Shown piece by piece: positions 62,515 to 64,000 of a stretch of DNA of 64,000 nucleotides. The position numbers were made by a program, and so were the translations under genes. The notes under the pieces were generated by a model. It was given only the letters and a program-made list of their open reading frames with translations, searched no databases and had not been told where the DNA came from. How positions within the stretch are numbered: the stretch's first letter is position 1; the number at the start of each line of letters is the position of its first letter. The stretch is from the sequence record NC_061451.1. One strand, 5' to 3'.

Positions 62515-63687
62515 TTAGGCGCCTGAAGTTGGAGCTGGGTCTGCCGCTTTGTAGCCACGCAGGAAGAAGACACGCATACCGGTGTTGTTCGGACTGTTAG
62601 CAGTCAGAGCTTTATAGGTACGCTTCTTCGGCGTAGTGCCATCGCTTTCCATCTCGTTGTACACCTGCACGTCGAGGTCGGTACCGTTCGATACAACGTC
62701 AGCAGACGCGTAACCAACAATATCCATCTCGTACGGGTAGCTGTAGCGCTGCGTGTTGAAGCCTGCAGGCAGACGGAAGTCGAAGTGGTTATCCTCAGAG
62801 AATGGAACCATCTGATACGGGTTGATAACCGCAGAGCAGTCAGCACTGTGCAGATGCGCAGGAGCTGGAGCAGTCGGCGCATTCACGTCAGACTCACGCA
62901 CGGTAAAGCGCATAAGCTGGTACGAACCTGGGCTGTACGTGATAGGACGCACTTCGGTGTTGTTGTCCGCAGCGCCGCCACCGTTAACGGTGAACATACA
63001 GAACAGAGGAGCTTTACCATCGACAACCACAGTACCATCACTGTTGATAGCACGCTGAACAACGAACCATGCAGCACGGCAGCCATCAGAGTCATGGCCT
63101 TCTGCCTGAATGTGAACAGCGAAGCCGTGCTCAGTCAGAGAGATGTGGTAAGTGAACGGCGTAGCTTCCGGGTCAGCGAAGATCAGACTGTCTGGGTTAG
63201 TCTGAGTTGGCGTGGTAACGTTCTGTGGGAACGCCATAGTGCCGCTGTAGTAAACGCTGTTTTGGTTAGCGCCAGCAATGCCGCGATGCCAGAAGCATAC
63301 TTCGGTATCACCAGTTGCACCCTGAGTACCAGTGAAGCGAGCACCAATCTGACCTGAATACTCAGGCATAGAGTTGGAGGTGGTGCCAGTAGTGCCAGTC
63401 TTAGACACAGTGCCAGTGTCAGAGATCTGAGTAGGCGAAGCAACATAAAGCTGCGTGCGCTTATCAGTTCCCTTCATGGCAACACGCCATTTCTGCGTAG
63501 CAGCCAGCGGGTCAATGGTATCAGTCGCTTCAATTACGAAGGACGACAGGTCGGTAGAAGGCACAGTGGCCGCTGCCGTACCGTTGAAGCTAATCAGCTT
63601 AAAGCCATTGGCCAACAAATCATTCAGAATGTCTTTCCACATCTTCAGGTTGTTGGTGTAGCCTGATTTAACAATCAGTTTGTTCAT
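62515..63687 (-). CDS. Abundant virion structural protein (fibre/hair subunit candidate)
   Basis: 390 aa, highly biased codons, followed by a strong terminator; paralogous to the upstream ORF. Confidence 0.65.
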   Translation of the reverse strand: MNKLIVKSGYTNNLKMWKDILNDLLANGFKLISFNGTAAATVPSTDLSSFVIEATDTIDPLAATQKWRVAMKGTDKRTQLYVASPTQISDTGTVSKTGTTGTTSNSMPEYSGQIGARFTGTQGATGDTEVCFWHRGIAGANQNSVYYSGTMAFPQNVTTPTQTNPDSLIFADPEATPFTYHISLTEHGFAVHIQAEGHDSDGCRAAWFVVQRAINSDGTVVVDGKAPLFCMFTVNGGGAADNNTEVRPITYSPGSYQLMRFTVRESDVNAPTAPAPAHLHSADCSAVINPYQMVPFSEDNHFDFRLPAGFNTQRYSYPYEMDIVGYASADVVSNGTDLDVQVYNEMESDGTTPKKRTYKALTANSPNNTGMRVFFLRGYKAADPAPTSGA

Positions 63688-63705
63688 GTTTCAAATCCCC
63701 TAAGA

Positions 63706-63999
63706 TTAAGCTGAATCGCCGGCAGCAACAGGAAGCATCAGACGCATACCACGGTTGTCTTTACCGTTAGCGTTCATACCCTGATACACGGTCTTATCAG
63801 CAGCTTTCAGCGGGTTCAGTTGTACCTGAGAGCCAGAAGACAGCACGTCGGCAGAGGTGTAGCCCAGCATGTCCAGTGTAGCGAAGTACACGTAACGCTG
63901 AGTGTTGATCATCTGCGGGAACAGCACGATAGCGCGGTTACCTTCGGCAATCATAACCTGTTGCATTGGGTTGATGATTGGGCCGCAGTCAGCGCTTGC
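63706..63999 (-). CDS. 3' end of a paralogue of 62515..63687 (5' end outside the window)
   Basis: Frame is open to the window edge; ASADCGPIINPMQ...NTQRYVY...LGYTSADV...NRGMRL aligns with HSADCSAVINPYQ...NTQRYSY...VGYASADV...NTGMRV. Confidence 0.75.
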   Translation of the reverse strand, partial: ASADCGPIINPMQQVMIAEGNRAIVLFPQMINTQRYVYFATLDMLGYTSADVLSSGSQVQLNPLKAADKTVYQGMNANGKDNRGMRLMLPVAAGDSA

Positions 64000-64000
64000 C

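Noticed and set aside
1605-63661. The many other + strand and nested ORFs of 60-316 aa (for example 42217..43026, 59447..60397, 50166..50891, 17056..17712)
   Set aside because: They lie fully opposite or within well-supported minus-strand genes with biased codon usage, and have no RBS or recognisable motifs
1-64000. Stop-codon reassignment, which occurs in some jumbo phages
   Set aside because: Genes are full length and tightly packed in the standard code, and TAA, TAG and TGA all end genes
1-64000. tRNA genes, integrase, transposase or homing endonuclease
   Set aside because: No cloverleaf with T-loop GTTCRA and no matching protein motifs were seen; tRNAscan-SE or Aragorn would confirm

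Overview
This window is the virion-morphogenesis region of a jumbo contractile-tailed (myovirus) phage. Essentially every credible gene is on the minus strand, and the plus-strand ORFs look like antisense shadows. From right to left along the direction of transcription: large fibre/virion proteins; an acidic putative internal head protein; NAD+-dependent DNA ligase; a GT2-TPR glycosyltransferase; the head module (putative prohead protease, HExxH metallopeptidase, acidic scaffold, decoration protein, major capsid protein); the tail module (terminator-like protein, sheath, two tube paralogues, two T4 gp26-like chaperones, tape-measure-like protein with a muramidase-like domain, gp53-like wedge, hub, gp5/VgrG-like spike); an embedded nucleotide/DNA-repair cluster (PC4-like, BRCT-like, Nudix, MmcB, dTMP kinase); a ~1.3 kb gap with no credible long ORF; PAAR tip, gp25-like, gp6/J-like and large wedge proteins; and a long fibre cluster with four collagen-like proteins. 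The layout reminds me of the 'hairy' enterobacterial jumbo myoviruses (Erwinia Y3 / Dickeya JA11-like), but that is recollection, not a database result. Best leads: (1) a ~0.9 kb hairpin-dense intergenic element that looks like a large structured ncRNA; (2) an S-x-S motif plus a shared ~65-aa domain on head proteins and on enzymes such as the ligase and Nudix, suggesting a capsid-targeting/maturation code; (3) an apparently intact Cys...His-Asn-Thr Hint domain at the end of a collagen fibre protein; (4) a GCTAATTT candidate late promoter; (5) an overprinted signal peptide heading a four-gene envelope module. I saw no tRNA, CRISPR array, integrase or transposase. All assignments come from motif recognition by eye; no searches were run.
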